Shown here piece by piece: positions 46,553 through 56,570 of a DNA stretch of 64,000 nucleotides; positions within the stretch are counted from its first letter, which is position 1; the number at the start of each line of letters is the position of its first letter. The position numbers and the translations under genes are program-made. The notes under the pieces are model-generated. The model ran no database searches. It saw nothing but the letters and a program-made list of their open reading frames with translations, and was not told the origin of the DNA. The stretch spans positions 1,408,001 through 1,472,000 of the forward strand of contig JASGJH010000001.1 of the NCBI GenBank assembly GCA_047601445.1, given 5' to 3'. The DNA comes from Myxococcales bacterium (GTDB lineage Bacteria > Myxococcota_A > Polyangia > Polyangiales > DASUME01).

Positions 46553-49500
46553 ATGCGACGACTGGGCTGGGCTTGGCTCGGTTTGGTGGCCGCGCTTTGG
46601 TGCGGCTTCGCTCCGCGCACGGCGCGCGCGGAGACGTTGTTCGGCGTGGTGTCCGAGCGAACCGCACAGGTCGCGCTCAGCGCCGCGCAGCCGTTCCTTG
46701 GACGCCATCGGGTTCTATTGCGGACACCCGAGCAGGTAGCGAGCCTGAGTGACCGTGAGCTCGTCGCGCTCTGGCGAGAGGCCGACGCGCTGCTGTTCGC
46801 CAACGTGTTCGGAGAGCAGGCCACGCGCCTGACGCGCCTCTTGCGCGAAGGCGCCGTGAACCCGGCGATCCCCGTGCTGTGCCTGTCGGGAGACCCAGAG
46901 CTCAGCGCGGCATCGCGTCTCGGCGGACAGCGGGTGTTCGAGAACATGAGCACGGACGCGCAGCGCGCGCTGGCGGCGGCCCTTTCGTCGAGCGACCCCG
47001 AGGCCAAGCCCTGGCGGGTTCTGGCCGAGGAGAACCCGCGTCAGGCGGAGTGGATCGAGGGGGCCGCCTACTGGCGCGCGCGCTCGCCTGCCAACGTGAG
47101 CGCGTTGTTTGGGTGGCTATTGCGTCGCGCAGGGGCGGCCGAGACGGTCCCTGGGCCGCGCCCAGCCGAGCCGCTGCGTCTGCTGCAAGACGGCGAGCAA
47201 GCGCGCCTGACGTTGCCCCAGGCTGCGCCTGTGGTGGCGCTGCTCGACTACGACGAAGCCGAGGGCAGCGCCTCCCTGGCACTGCATCGCGCCCTCTGCC
47301 GAGCGATTCTCGCAGCAGGGCCTCGCTTGTGTGAGCGTGCTCGCGCGCTGGGGCCACGCGACGGCGCGCGCACTCGAAGAGCTCCCGCAGCGCCTGGCAC
47401 CGGGACGCTTAACGGGCCTGGTAGTGCTCCAGGACTTCGTGCTCGGAAGCGCAGAGGCGCGCGAACGCGCCAGTCGCGCGCTGGCCAGGCTGGACGTGCC
47501 TGTGTACAAGGCGCTCCGCCTGGTGGATCGCAGCGAGGCCCAGTGGCGGCTCTCCACCGATGGTCTGCCCTGGGACACCGTGCACTATCGCCTGGCCATG
47601 CCCGAGTTGCAGGGCGTGGGACAGCCCGTGGTGCTCGAGGCGGCGGAGCGCGTGCGCACCGATGCGGCCACCGGCCTCGCCTTTCGCCCTGCCCTGCCCC
47701 TCGAGCGCGAGATCGAGCACCTCGCACACAAGCTCGCGCGCAGCGAGCAGCTGGCGCGCAAGCCCAACGCAGCGAAGCGCGTGGCCATCATTTATTACAA
47801 CCACCCACCGGGACGCCACAACATCGGCGCCGACAACCTCGACGTCCCGGCCTCGCTGTGGGAGCTCCTGCGGGCGCTCAGGCGCGCTGGCTATGACGTG
47901 GACGACCTGCCCACGTCGGCCTCCGCGCTGCTCGAGCGCCTGCAACGCGATGGCGTGAATTTGCCCGAAGACCGCGGCGCACTCTCGGACATGGCCCCGC
48001 GCATCGCGCACGTCCCCGAGGCGACCTACGCACACTACTTCCAGAGTTTGCCGGCTTCCGCGCGACTCTCGGTGGAACAGGGTCCCCTCGCGCGGCTCGC
48101 CCACGACGTCGCGCTGGCCCAGCGCGCAGCGGAGCCGGCCAGTGCCCGCGAACGCGTGAGCTTCTGTCTCAAGGACATCCGCCACGTGCTCGAGGGCAGC
48201 GACCACCCGGCACGCCCGCGCGCGCTCGCGCTGTTGGCTCAGCTCACGGATCAGTACGACGCCTGGCTCGATGGCATGGAGACCGGCGTAGACACCCGCG
48301 GGAGCGAGCGCGAGGTGCAGGCGCTCACGCAGAGCCTGATCGCCACGCGCATCGAAGGCCTGACGGGTTGGGGCCCAGCGCCCGGGCGCGGCATGGTGCT
48401 CGACGGAAAGCTCCTCGTGCCGGGGATCACCTTCGGCAACGTGTTCATCGGCCCTCAACCACCGCGCGGCTGGGAGCTCGACGAGGAGCTGCTCCACGCC
48501 AACCTGAGCTTTGCTCCGCCCCATCAGTACCTCGCCTACTACCGCTGGCTACGTGAAGAGTTTCGCGCGGACGTGCTGATCCACGTGGGCCGCCATTCGA
48601 CCTACGAATGGCTGCCGGGACCGAGCGTGGGGCTCTCGCGCGAGGACTTTTCGTCCCTGGTGACCGAGGACTTGCCGAGTCTCTACCTGTACATCGTGGA
48701 CGGCGTGGGCGAAGGCCTCGCCGCCAAGCGGCGTGGCGGCGCCGTGATCATCGATCACCTGACGCCACCGCTGAGCACCACCCCGCTCTACGACGACCTG
48801 CTCGCGCTGCGACAGCTGGTGGAGAGTCATGAAGCCATGGGCTCCTCACCGGACACGCAGGCCGCCCGCGCGCGCGCCGTGCTCGCCATCAAAGAGAAGA
48901 TCCAGAAGCTGCACATGGAAGATGCCCTGCGCGCCAACATGGACAGCGAGCTCAAGCTGCGCGGCGTGAGCTTCAACGAGGTCAGCGACGAGCTCCTGGT
49001 GCACGAGGTCGGACACTATCTGACCGAGCTGCAAGAGCGCTTCATGCCCCACGGCTTGCACGTGTTCGGTCGTCCCTGGCAGCGCCCTGCCCTGCAAAAG
49101 ATGCTCGGATCCATCGAGGGCACGAGCGAAGCAGCACCGGCTCGATCCGCCTCGGCGGCGGCCCTCACGCGCTCGCCCGGGCTCGAGCTCAAGGCTTTGC
49201 TCGGCGCGCTCGCGGGACACTTCGTGGAGCCCGGTCACGGCAACGACCCCGTGCGACGCCCGGAGGTGCTGCCCACGGGCCGCAATTTCCACGCGCTCGA
49301 CGGCGGCCTATTGCCGAGCCAGGTGGCCTACGCGCTCGGCTCCGAGCTCGCCACGTCGGCGCGCGCGCAAAAGCCGGGCAGCGCCGAAGGCAGCGAGTCG
49401 GTGGTGCTTTGGGCCTCGGACACGGCGCGCGACGAAGGCGTGATGGTGGCCTTCGGACTCGACATGCTCGGCGTGCGACCGGTGTGGAACAGTCGGGGCA

Positions 49501-50876
49501 TCCTGCGCTCGCTCGAACGGCTGCCGCTCGCCGAGGGCCGGACGCGGCGCGACGTGAACTTCATCACCAGCGGCCTGTTTCGAGACCTGTACGAGAACCT
49601 GATCGTTTGGCTCGACCGCGCCGTGCTGCTGGCCCTCGATGGCGCGAGCTTGACGCTGCGCGCGGAGCATCCGGAGCTCGCACCGGCCCTGGACGCGGCC
49701 CTCGCGCCGCTCGGGGAACTGCGCGCTCCGGGGACGGAGAGCCTGCGCGAGAATCAGCTCGCGGCACACTGGGCCGAGCAAGCACGGGCGCTGAGCCTCA
49801 AGGGGATGCCGCTCGCAGCTGCCGGGCGTGAGGCCAGCGTGCGCCTCTTCGGCAACGCACCAGGCGGCTACGGGGCCGGCGTGAACAACCTGGTGGAGCG
49901 CTCCGGATCCTGGCAGGACCGTGCGCAGATTGGGAAGTCCTTCGCGCTTCGCATGGGTCACGGCTACGGCGCAGGACTGCGCGGGGCTCCAATGCAGGCT
50001 GGCTTCGAGCAGGCCCTGACGCGCACCGAGCACACCTACCTGGGGCGGGCCAGCCGCCTCTATGGCTTGCTCGATAACAACGACAGCTTCGACTACGTGG
50101 GCGGGCTGCGACTCGCCGTGGAGCAGCGCCGCGGCAAGCCGCCCGAGTCGAGCGTGGTGCAGTACGCCGACGCCCAGCATGCGCGCGTGGAGCCCCTCGA
50201 GCGCGCGTTGTTCAGCGAGCTACGCGGGCGCCACCTCAACCCGACCTATTTGCGCGCGTTGATCCGCCACGGCTACGCGGGCGCGCGCACGCTCAGCTTC
50301 GGCTTCGTGGAGAACCTCTGGGGCTGGCAGGTGACGAGCCCGGACCTGGTGAAGCCCTGGGTGTGGGACGAAGTGCATTCGGTCTACCTGAAGGACAGCC
50401 AGAAGCTCGGGCTCGCCGAGCTCTGGAAGTCCGCACCCAACGCCCACGTGAAGGCCAACATCGAGGCCGTGCTGCTGGTGGCTGCCCACAAGGGCTTCTG
50501 GTCGCCCGACGAGGCCGTACTGCGTGAGCTGGCCCAGGACTTTGCGCGCCTGGTGAGCGAAAACGGCCTGCCGGGCAGCGGCCACACGCGCCCCGATCAT
50601 CCGGTCATGGGTTTCGTGCGAGAGCGACTCGACGCCCAGGCCCGCGCGATGTTCGACCAGGTGTTGCAGCGGGCGCAGCAGCCCTCCTCGCGCGGACAGC
50701 CAGGTCCGAGCGCAGTGGCCGAGCTGCACCCGGATCCGCGCGAGCACGCCGAGGTCTCAGCGGACACCGAGTCGGGGCGCTCCATGTCCGGGCGCGCAGC
50801 GCAAGCCCTGGCTTACGGGCTGCTGACGGGTTGTGTGGGCCTGTTTTTGGCGGGTCTTTGGCGCGGAAGGACGTGA
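46553..50876 (+). CDS. Exported CobN/BchH/HmuS-like chelatase large subunit with signal peptide and C-terminal TM; +1 frameshift at ~47305
   Basis: Signal peptide MRRLGWAWLGLVAALWCGFAPRTARA; VAIIYYNHPPG, GNVFIGPQPPRG, PPHQYLAYY, IHVGRHSTYEWLPG, GEGLAAKRRG, IDHLTPP, PHGLHVFG, LPTGRNF; removing one T in GCGATTCTC gives ~1440 aa. Confidence 0.87.
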
Positions 50877-51323
50877 GTGATGGGCGATAGCTTGGGCATG
50901 TTGTTGCGCAGCATGGTGCGCGGGCTGGAGGCGCCGGCCTTGAGCTGCTTGCTGGTGGTATGCGCCTGGGCGCTGTGGGAGGCGGGCCTCGGCCTGGGCG
51001 AGCGTCTGTCGGGGCTGCGTAAGCTGCGCGAGGGCAACGACCTCGAGCGCGTGCGCGACATGGGCCGCGTGCGCATCGAGCGGGCAGACATGTTGGCGCG
51101 CGTGGGTCCCATGCTCGGCCTGGTGGGCACGCTGATCCCCCTCGGGCCCGGGCTGGCCGCGCTCGGGCGCGGGGAGCTGAGCGAGCTCGCGCGCGCGGTG
51201 ACGGTGGCCTTCGACACGACGGTGCTGGGCTTGCTCGTGGGCATGTCGGGGTTCGTGCTCGGACGCCTGCGGCGCCGTTGGTACGACCGACTGCTCGACG
51301 GACTGGAGGCACAGCATGCGTGA
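50877..51323 (+). CDS. MotA/TolQ/ExbB proton-channel family protein (HmuU-like)
   Basis: VGPMLGLVGTLIPLGPGL, VAFDTTVLGL. Confidence 0.85.
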   Translation: MMGDSLGMLLRSMVRGLEAPALSCLLVVCAWALWEAGLGLGERLSGLRKLREGNDLERVRDMGRVRIERADMLARVGPMLGLVGTLIPLGPGLAALGRGELSELARAVTVAFDTTVLGLLVGMSGFVLGRLRRRWYDRLLDGLEAQHA

Positions 51324-51618
51324 CCGCCGCCGCTTTCAGAGCCGCTTCGACGACTCCGATGCCGACCCGCTCACCGGTATGGCCAACCTGGCCGACGTGA
51401 TGCTGGTGTTCGCCTGCGGCCTGATCACTGCGCTCGTGATGGGCGACCTGCGCGCGAGCCCGGCGCGTGAAGGCGGCGGAGCACGCGTGCCTGTGGAACA
51501 GGGCCGTGAGGTGCCCGACCTGCCCCAGGGCGAAGGCGGTCAGGTGGCTGGCTACGAGTCGGTGGGGACGGTCTACCGCGACTCCAAGACGGGAAAACTC
51601 GTGATGGTGAAAAAGTGA
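51316..51618 (+). CDS. DUF2149 family protein (HmuV-like)
   Basis: DPLTGMANLADVMLVFACGL TM with Asp; GTVYRDSKTGKLVMV. Confidence 0.85.
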   Translation: MRDRRRFQSRFDDSDADPLTGMANLADVMLVFACGLITALVMGDLRASPAREGGGARVPVEQGREVPDLPQGEGGQVAGYESVGTVYRDSKTGKLVMVKK

Positions 51619-51625
51619 GGACAGC

Positions 51626-52165
51626 ATGAAGGAAGAGCAAACAAGCGCGCGCTGGATGTTGGCTTCGTTGGTGGCGCTGCTGCTGGTCACGCGCCTCGCG
51701 CGAGAGGTCCTCGGGGTGCACTTGCCGGATGCCGCCGTGCCTACCTTCTTCTTGGCGGGATGCCTGGGGCTGGGCTCTCGCTCGCTGGCCGTTCTGCTGT
51801 TGGCCGCCGTGGGGGTCGACCTGGTGCAGTTCGCACTCGGCGCCAGCACGGCGTGCGTCTCGCCGGGCTATCCGCTCCTGTTCGTGGCCTACGCCGTGAG
51901 CTGGGGCACGGGCGCGCTCTGTCAGTCCGCCAAGCTCAGCTGGAAAGCCGCTGCTGTGCTGCTCACCGGAGTGGTGGCCTTCGCGCTGACCAGCGGCGGC
52001 TACTACTACCTCTCGGGGAAGTTCCCGCAGCCCGCGTTCGCCGAGTTCGTGGTGCGCAGTCAGCGCTATCTGCCCGACTACATGATCAATGTGCTGCTCT
52101 ACGCAGGCCCTGGCCTGCTGCTGGTCGAGGCCCTGCAGCGGACCGCGGGGCGCGAACGGGCTTGA
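51626..52165 (+). CDS. btuM: BtuM-like cobalamin transporter (solitary ECF S-component fold)
   Basis: About 6 TM; LVTR..HLPDA..FFLAG, VD, CVSPGY (Co-ligating Cys motif as recalled for BtuM), TSGGYYYLSGKF; under a B12 riboswitch. Confidence 0.75.
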   Translation: MKEEQTSARWMLASLVALLLVTRLAREVLGVHLPDAAVPTFFLAGCLGLGSRSLAVLLLAAVGVDLVQFALGASTACVSPGYPLLFVAYAVSWGTGALCQSAKLSWKAAAVLLTGVVAFALTSGGYYYLSGKFPQPAFAEFVVRSQRYLPDYMINVLLYAGPGLLLVEALQRTAGRERA

Positions 52166-52274
52166 GGGAATTTTCGAAGCCGCCTGGGAATTCCTCCCTC
52201 GTGCGACCTTGGGCAATTGTTCCTATTCCTGATCGCCCTGCCGCCCCTCAAAGTCGCCCCCGGAGGACGACAGG

Positions 52275-52733
52275 ATGGTGACGCAGCAATGGGCCCGAGC
52301 AGGCCGCGGGGTACTTGTGGGGGCGCTGCTCGCCCTGGGCTGCGCCATGAATGCCGCGAGCGCACACGCCGACGGCCTGATCTGCTCGGCACTCGCGGCC
52401 AGCAGCGCGGGCGCCTCGGAGCCGCCCGCCACCGCCACCGGCTTCGCCTTCGTGCGCAGCTACAACCTCTACCGCACCCAGGCCCGCCCGTGGGCGCAGA
52501 TCCCCACAGGGGCAGCCCTGGTGCTGCGCGCCCCCGAGCACACCACCGAGAGCGACCTCCACAACGCGCTACGCGGCTGCGCCAAGCAAGCCAACGCAAC
52601 CTCGCCGCTGTGCGTGAAGGGCTCGAGCTTCCGCGTGCGCGCCGACGGCGAGCTCTACGTGGTGGAGATCACCGGCAAGGATCGCGCGAGCGCCCTGGAA
52701 ATTCAGCACCGCGCTGCCAACCTGCGGCGCTGA
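52275..52733 (+). CDS. Small secreted hypothetical protein
   Basis: Signal peptide (..AASAHA|D), several Cys, GGAGG upstream. Confidence 0.6.
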   Translation: MVTQQWARAGRGVLVGALLALGCAMNAASAHADGLICSALAASSAGASEPPATATGFAFVRSYNLYRTQARPWAQIPTGAALVLRAPEHTTESDLHNALRGCAKQANATSPLCVKGSSFRVRADGELYVVEITGKDRASALEIQHRAANLRR

Positions 52734-52751
52734 GCCAGCGCGCGCGAGCGC

Positions 52752-53711
52752 TCAACGGCCCATCGACTTCTTGACCGCAGTGCACACAGCCTCGAGCTGC
52801 GGCACGCTGGCCTGCTCGAGCATCCAGGAGGCGGGTGCGGGTGCGTCCGGGCCCGTGAGTCGCACCACCGGCGCACGCAGGGACTCGAACGCCTTCTCGG
52901 AGATTCGCGCGGCCACCTCGGCCCCCACGCCGCACAGGCCGTTGGCCTCGTGCACGATCACCGCGCGCCCAGTCTTGCGCACCGAAGCCAGGATGGTCGC
53001 TTCGTCGAGCGGCTTGAGCGTGCGCAAATCGATCACCTCGGCGCTGATGCCCTGATCCGACAGGCGCGCAGCCGCCTCCACGCAGGTGTTCACCGTCTTG
53101 GCGTACGAGATCAACGTCACGTCGCGCCCGGGTCGAACCACCGCCGCCTGGCCCAGCGGCACGATGTGATCGCCCTCGGGCAGCGCGCCCGGCGCGTGAC
53201 ACAGCGCGAGGTCGGTAAAGAACAGCACCGGGTTGTCGTCGCGGATGGCCGCCTTGAGCAAGCCCTTGAAGTCGGCAGCGTTGGAGGGCATCACCACCTT
53301 CAACCCAGGCGCGTGCACGAACCACGCTTCCAGGTTGTGGTTGTGCTGGCCGCCCACGCCCCAGCCCGCGCCCGAGAGCGTCATCACCACCATCGGGAAC
53401 GCGAACTGGCCGCCCGACAGGTAACGCAGCTTACCCGCGCTGTTCACGATGGCGTCCATCGACAGCGTGAGGAAGGGAGCGAACAGCAAATCCACGATGG
53501 GCCGCAGGCCCGTGGCAGCGGCACCGGCCGCGGTACCCGCGATGATGCCCTCGGCGAGCGGCGTGTTGCGCACGCGGCTCTGGCCGAACTCCTGGACCAG
53601 GTCGTGACGCTTGGTGGCGACGCCCTCACCGAACATCATCACGCGGCCGTCGCGCCGCATCTCTTCGGCAATGGCTTGGCTGATTGCGTCGTTGACGATG
53701 ACTTGTTGCAT
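52752..53711 (-). CDS. ThDP-dependent 2-oxoacid/acetoin dehydrogenase E1 beta subunit
   Basis: RVRNTPLAE..I.G.A.GAA..GLRP, HAPGLKVV.PS, EVIDLRTLKPLD, KTGR. Confidence 0.92.
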   Translation of the reverse strand: MQQVIVNDAISQAIAEEMRRDGRVMMFGEGVATKRHDLVQEFGQSRVRNTPLAEGIIAGTAAGAAATGLRPIVDLLFAPFLTLSMDAIVNSAGKLRYLSGGQFAFPMVVMTLSGAGWGVGGQHNHNLEAWFVHAPGLKVVMPSNAADFKGLLKAAIRDDNPVLFFTDLALCHAPGALPEGDHIVPLGQAAVVRPGRDVTLISYAKTVNTCVEAAARLSDQGISAEVIDLRTLKPLDEATILASVRKTGRAVIVHEANGLCGVGAEVAARISEKAFESLRAPVVRLTGPDAPAPASWMLEQASVPQLEAVCTAVKKSMGR

Positions 53712-53727
53712 GGACTCTCGGGCTCCT

Positions 53728-54693
53728 TCAGGCGTACACGTCGGTGGTGAGTTCGGTGACATCGGGGGGCGGCGAGCTCTGGGCGAACTCGAGACCGCGC
53801 CGGACGTCCTGCGCCACGCGCTCCTCGATGGCCCGCAGGCGCTCGGCGTCGAGCTGGCCCCGCGCCAGCAAACGCTCGCGCTGCTGGGTGATGGGGTCGC
53901 GCGCACGCCAGCTCTCCAGCTCCGGCTTGGGCACATAGGCCATGTCGTCGGGCTCGAAGTGCCCGCGCATGCGGTAGGTATAGGTCTCGAGGAAGTACGG
54001 CTTGCGCTGCTCGCGCACGAAGGCAACCGCTTCGGAGGCGGCTCGATACACGGTCTCCACATCGTTGCCGTCGACGGTGGTCGCAGGCATGGCATGGGCC
54101 CGCGCCCAGACGCTGATGTGCTCCATGGGCATCGTCTCGCGACGCTGCACGTACGCTTGCCACTGATTGTTCTCGCACACGTAGAGGATCGGCAGGTTCC
54201 ACACCGTGGCCAGGTTGAGCGACTCGTGGAAGATGCCCTCGCAGGCCGCACCATCCCCGAAGAAGCACACCACGATGCCGTCGTCCGTGCCCACCATGCT
54301 CTGCGACAGGCCGACGCCCGTGGCCAGCGAGAGCTCCCCGCCCACGATGGTGGAGGTCAGGATCACGCCGAGCTCGCGCGCCGAGATGTGTAGGGTGCCG
54401 CTCTTGCCGCGACAGTACCCACCACTGCGACCGAGTACCTCGGCGAATAGCCGTCCCGTGTCGGCGCCGCGCGCGATCAGGTGACTCGCGCTGCGGTGGT
54501 TGGTGAGGATGCGGTCGTGGGAGGCGAGCGCGGCGATCACGCCCGCCGCGCTCGCCTCCTGGCCAATGGCGGTGCAGGTGCCAGCGGCCTTGCCGGCGGC
54601 CTGGAGCGACACCAGCCCCTCCTCGAAAGCGCGCGAGCGCATCATGGTCTCGAGCAGGGAGACCGCCTGGGGTTCGGAAATCGTGGGCTTCAT
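53728..54693 (-). CDS. ThDP-dependent 2-oxoacid/acetoin dehydrogenase E1 alpha subunit
   Basis: GQEA, NHR, GYCRGKSG, FFGDGA..EG.FHE.LN...ENN, TYRMRGH..D. Confidence 0.92.
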   Translation of the reverse strand: MKPTISEPQAVSLLETMMRSRAFEEGLVSLQAAGKAAGTCTAIGQEASAAGVIAALASHDRILTNHRSASHLIARGADTGRLFAEVLGRSGGYCRGKSGTLHISARELGVILTSTIVGGELSLATGVGLSQSMVGTDDGIVVCFFGDGAACEGIFHESLNLATVWNLPILYVCENNQWQAYVQRRETMPMEHISVWARAHAMPATTVDGNDVETVYRAASEAVAFVREQRKPYFLETYTYRMRGHFEPDDMAYVPKPELESWRARDPITQQRERLLARGQLDAERLRAIEERVAQDVRRGLEFAQSSPPPDVTELTTDVYA

Positions 54694-54804
54694 CGTCGAC
54701 CTTTCGTACTCGCGATGAACCTACGGGGAGCTTTCGACCTGCCTTCCGGGGCGCTCGGGCGTTTAGGAACAAATTAAGGAAGGTTTGGCTGGGCCGCCGC
54801 GTCC

Positions 54805-55549
54805 TCAGAACTCCTGCACGGTCGGGCGGATGACGATTCTCGTTGACGTCCACATCGGCGGGCTGCTCGATCGCATAGGCCACCGCCCGCGCGACGGAAT
54901 CCGCAGGAATTTGCTGCTTGTAGAACTCGTCCAGCTGCTTGCGGCTCGCCGTATCCCCACTCCCGAGCTTGAGCTCCGACTCCACGGCGCCAGGGGAGAT
55001 GATGGTGGTTCGAATCTGCCGGCCCACTTCCACCCGCAGCCCCTCGGAGATGGCACGCACTGCGAACTTGGTGCTCGAGTACACGGTGCCACCGGGGGCG
55101 AACACCTTGAGGCCCCCCACCGAAGCCACGTTGATGAAGTGACCGCCTCCCTGCTTCTCGAACACCGGCAGGGCCGCCGCGATGCCGTAGAGCACGCCCT
55201 TCACGTTGATGTCGATCATGCGCTCCCATTCCTCCACGCGACGTTGTTGGAGCGGGGCAATCGCCATCAGCCCTGCATTGTTCACCAGCACGTCGAGCCG
55301 GCCGAAGGCAGAGACCACGTCCCCCACCAGCTTCTCCACCTCACGCTGCTTGCTCACATCCGCCACGAAGCCCTTGGCTCGCCCCTTGGCCCCCTCGATT
55401 TCGCCGACGATCTTGCGCAGCTTGTCCTCGCGCCTTGCGGCCAACGCCACGCTCGCGCCGCGCGCCGCCAAGTGCCGCGCCATGGCCTCGCCGATCCCGC
55501 TGCTCGCCCCCGTGACCAGCACGACTTTCCCCTGGATGTTCTGATTCAT
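54805..55549 (-). CDS. SDR oxidoreductase (YdfG-like), +1 frameshift at ~54835
   Basis: VTGASSGIG, NNAG, YSSTKF; the conserved C-terminus VNEIVIRPTVQEF* is restored by deleting one base in GAGAATC (247 aa). Confidence 0.88.
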
Positions 55550-55646
55550 GGCCACCTCTCGTTGATTGATGGCCTTCGATCTAAGCCGCGCCTGGCTCCC
55601 TGTGAAGGTTGACAATTCTGCATTCAATGGTGAGCTGCGTTCATCT

Positions 55647-56570
55647 ATGTCCGCCAAGCTGAGCGAGCTCTCTGCCTTCCTGTCCGTGGCCACCCACCTC
55701 AATTTCCGCGCCGCGGCCCGTGAACGCGGGATCACGCCCTCCGCCGTGAGCCATGCGCTCAGGAGCCTCGAAGAAGAGCTCGGCGTACGCCTACTCCAGC
55801 GCACCACACGCAGCGTCTCGCTCACCGAAGCCGGAGCCCTGCTCTTCGCGCGACTCAAGCCGGCCTTCGGCGAGATCGATCACGCGGTGGAAGCGGTGAA
55901 CAGCTTTCGCGAGACGCCCTACGGACGCTTGCGTCTGAACGTACCGCGCGCGGCGGGAGCCGAGCTCATGGGCGTGTTCGCGCAGCTCGTGAGTGAGAAC
56001 CCGGGGCTTACGCTGGAGGTCGTGGCCGACGACCGCCTAGTGGACATCGTGGCGGGCGGCTTCGACGCGGGCATCCGTTTCGGCGAAAAGCTCGCCAAGG
56101 ACATGGTGGCGGTGCGCGTGGCGCTGCCGCTGAGCTTTGCGGTGGTGGGGTCTCCCGCGTACTTCAAGGGACGAGCGCTGCCGAAGCACCCGGCCGACCT
56201 CGGCGAGCACCGCTGCATTCGCTATCGCTTCCCGAGTGGCGCCAACTTTCCCTGGGAATTCGAGAAGGCTGGCAAGACCCTCGAGGTGGACGTGCAGGGG
56301 CCGCTGGTGCTCGATGATCAGCAACTCATGATCGAAGCCGCCCTCAGCGGCGTGGGCCTCGCCTACGTGTTCACCGAGCGCGTGGCCTCCCAGCTGCAAG
56401 CGGGTCGCCTCGTGCGCTGCCTGGCGGACTATTGCCCGCCCTTCACGGAGCTCTTCCTCTACTACCCGGAGCGCACCTACGTCTCGGCGGGCCTACGCGC
56501 CCTGATCAAGCTACTCAAGCACACGAGCAAGGCCGCGCGCGCGTCGGGCTCGGCTCACAAATCGCGCTGA
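55647..56570 (+). CDS. LysR family regulator (CrgA/DmlR-like)
   Basis: FRAAARERGITPSAVSH..LEEELGVRLLQRTTRSVSLTEAG; divergent from the SDR; TGA-N7-TCA box at 55631-55643. Confidence 0.93.
   Translation: MSAKLSELSAFLSVATHLNFRAAARERGITPSAVSHALRSLEEELGVRLLQRTTRSVSLTEAGALLFARLKPAFGEIDHAVEAVNSFRETPYGRLRLNVPRAAGAELMGVFAQLVSENPGLTLEVVADDRLVDIVAGGFDAGIRFGEKLAKDMVAVRVALPLSFAVVGSPAYFKGRALPKHPADLGEHRCIRYRFPSGANFPWEFEKAGKTLEVDVQGPLVLDDQQLMIEAALSGVGLAYVFTERVASQLQAGRLVRCLADYCPPFTELFLYYPERTYVSAGLRALIKLLKHTSKAARASGSAHKSR

Noticed and set aside
45833..47896. 687-aa ORF spanning the propeller gene and the CobN start
   Set aside because: Only 46532/46553 to ~47305 is real (CobN N-terminus); the rest is out-of-frame read-through
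46553..50876. De novo aerobic cobalamin biosynthesis inferred from cobN
   Set aside because: No cobST or other cob genes in the window; the protein looks exported and sits with transport genes
52164..52200. Hairpin after btuM as an intrinsic terminator
   Set aside because: The stem relies on several G-U pairs and has no U-tract; too weak to call
53639..55858. Apparent 739-aa SDR fusion protein
   Set aside because: Artefact of the +1 frameshift at ~54835 reading through E1 alpha out of frame; the real SDR is ~247 aa
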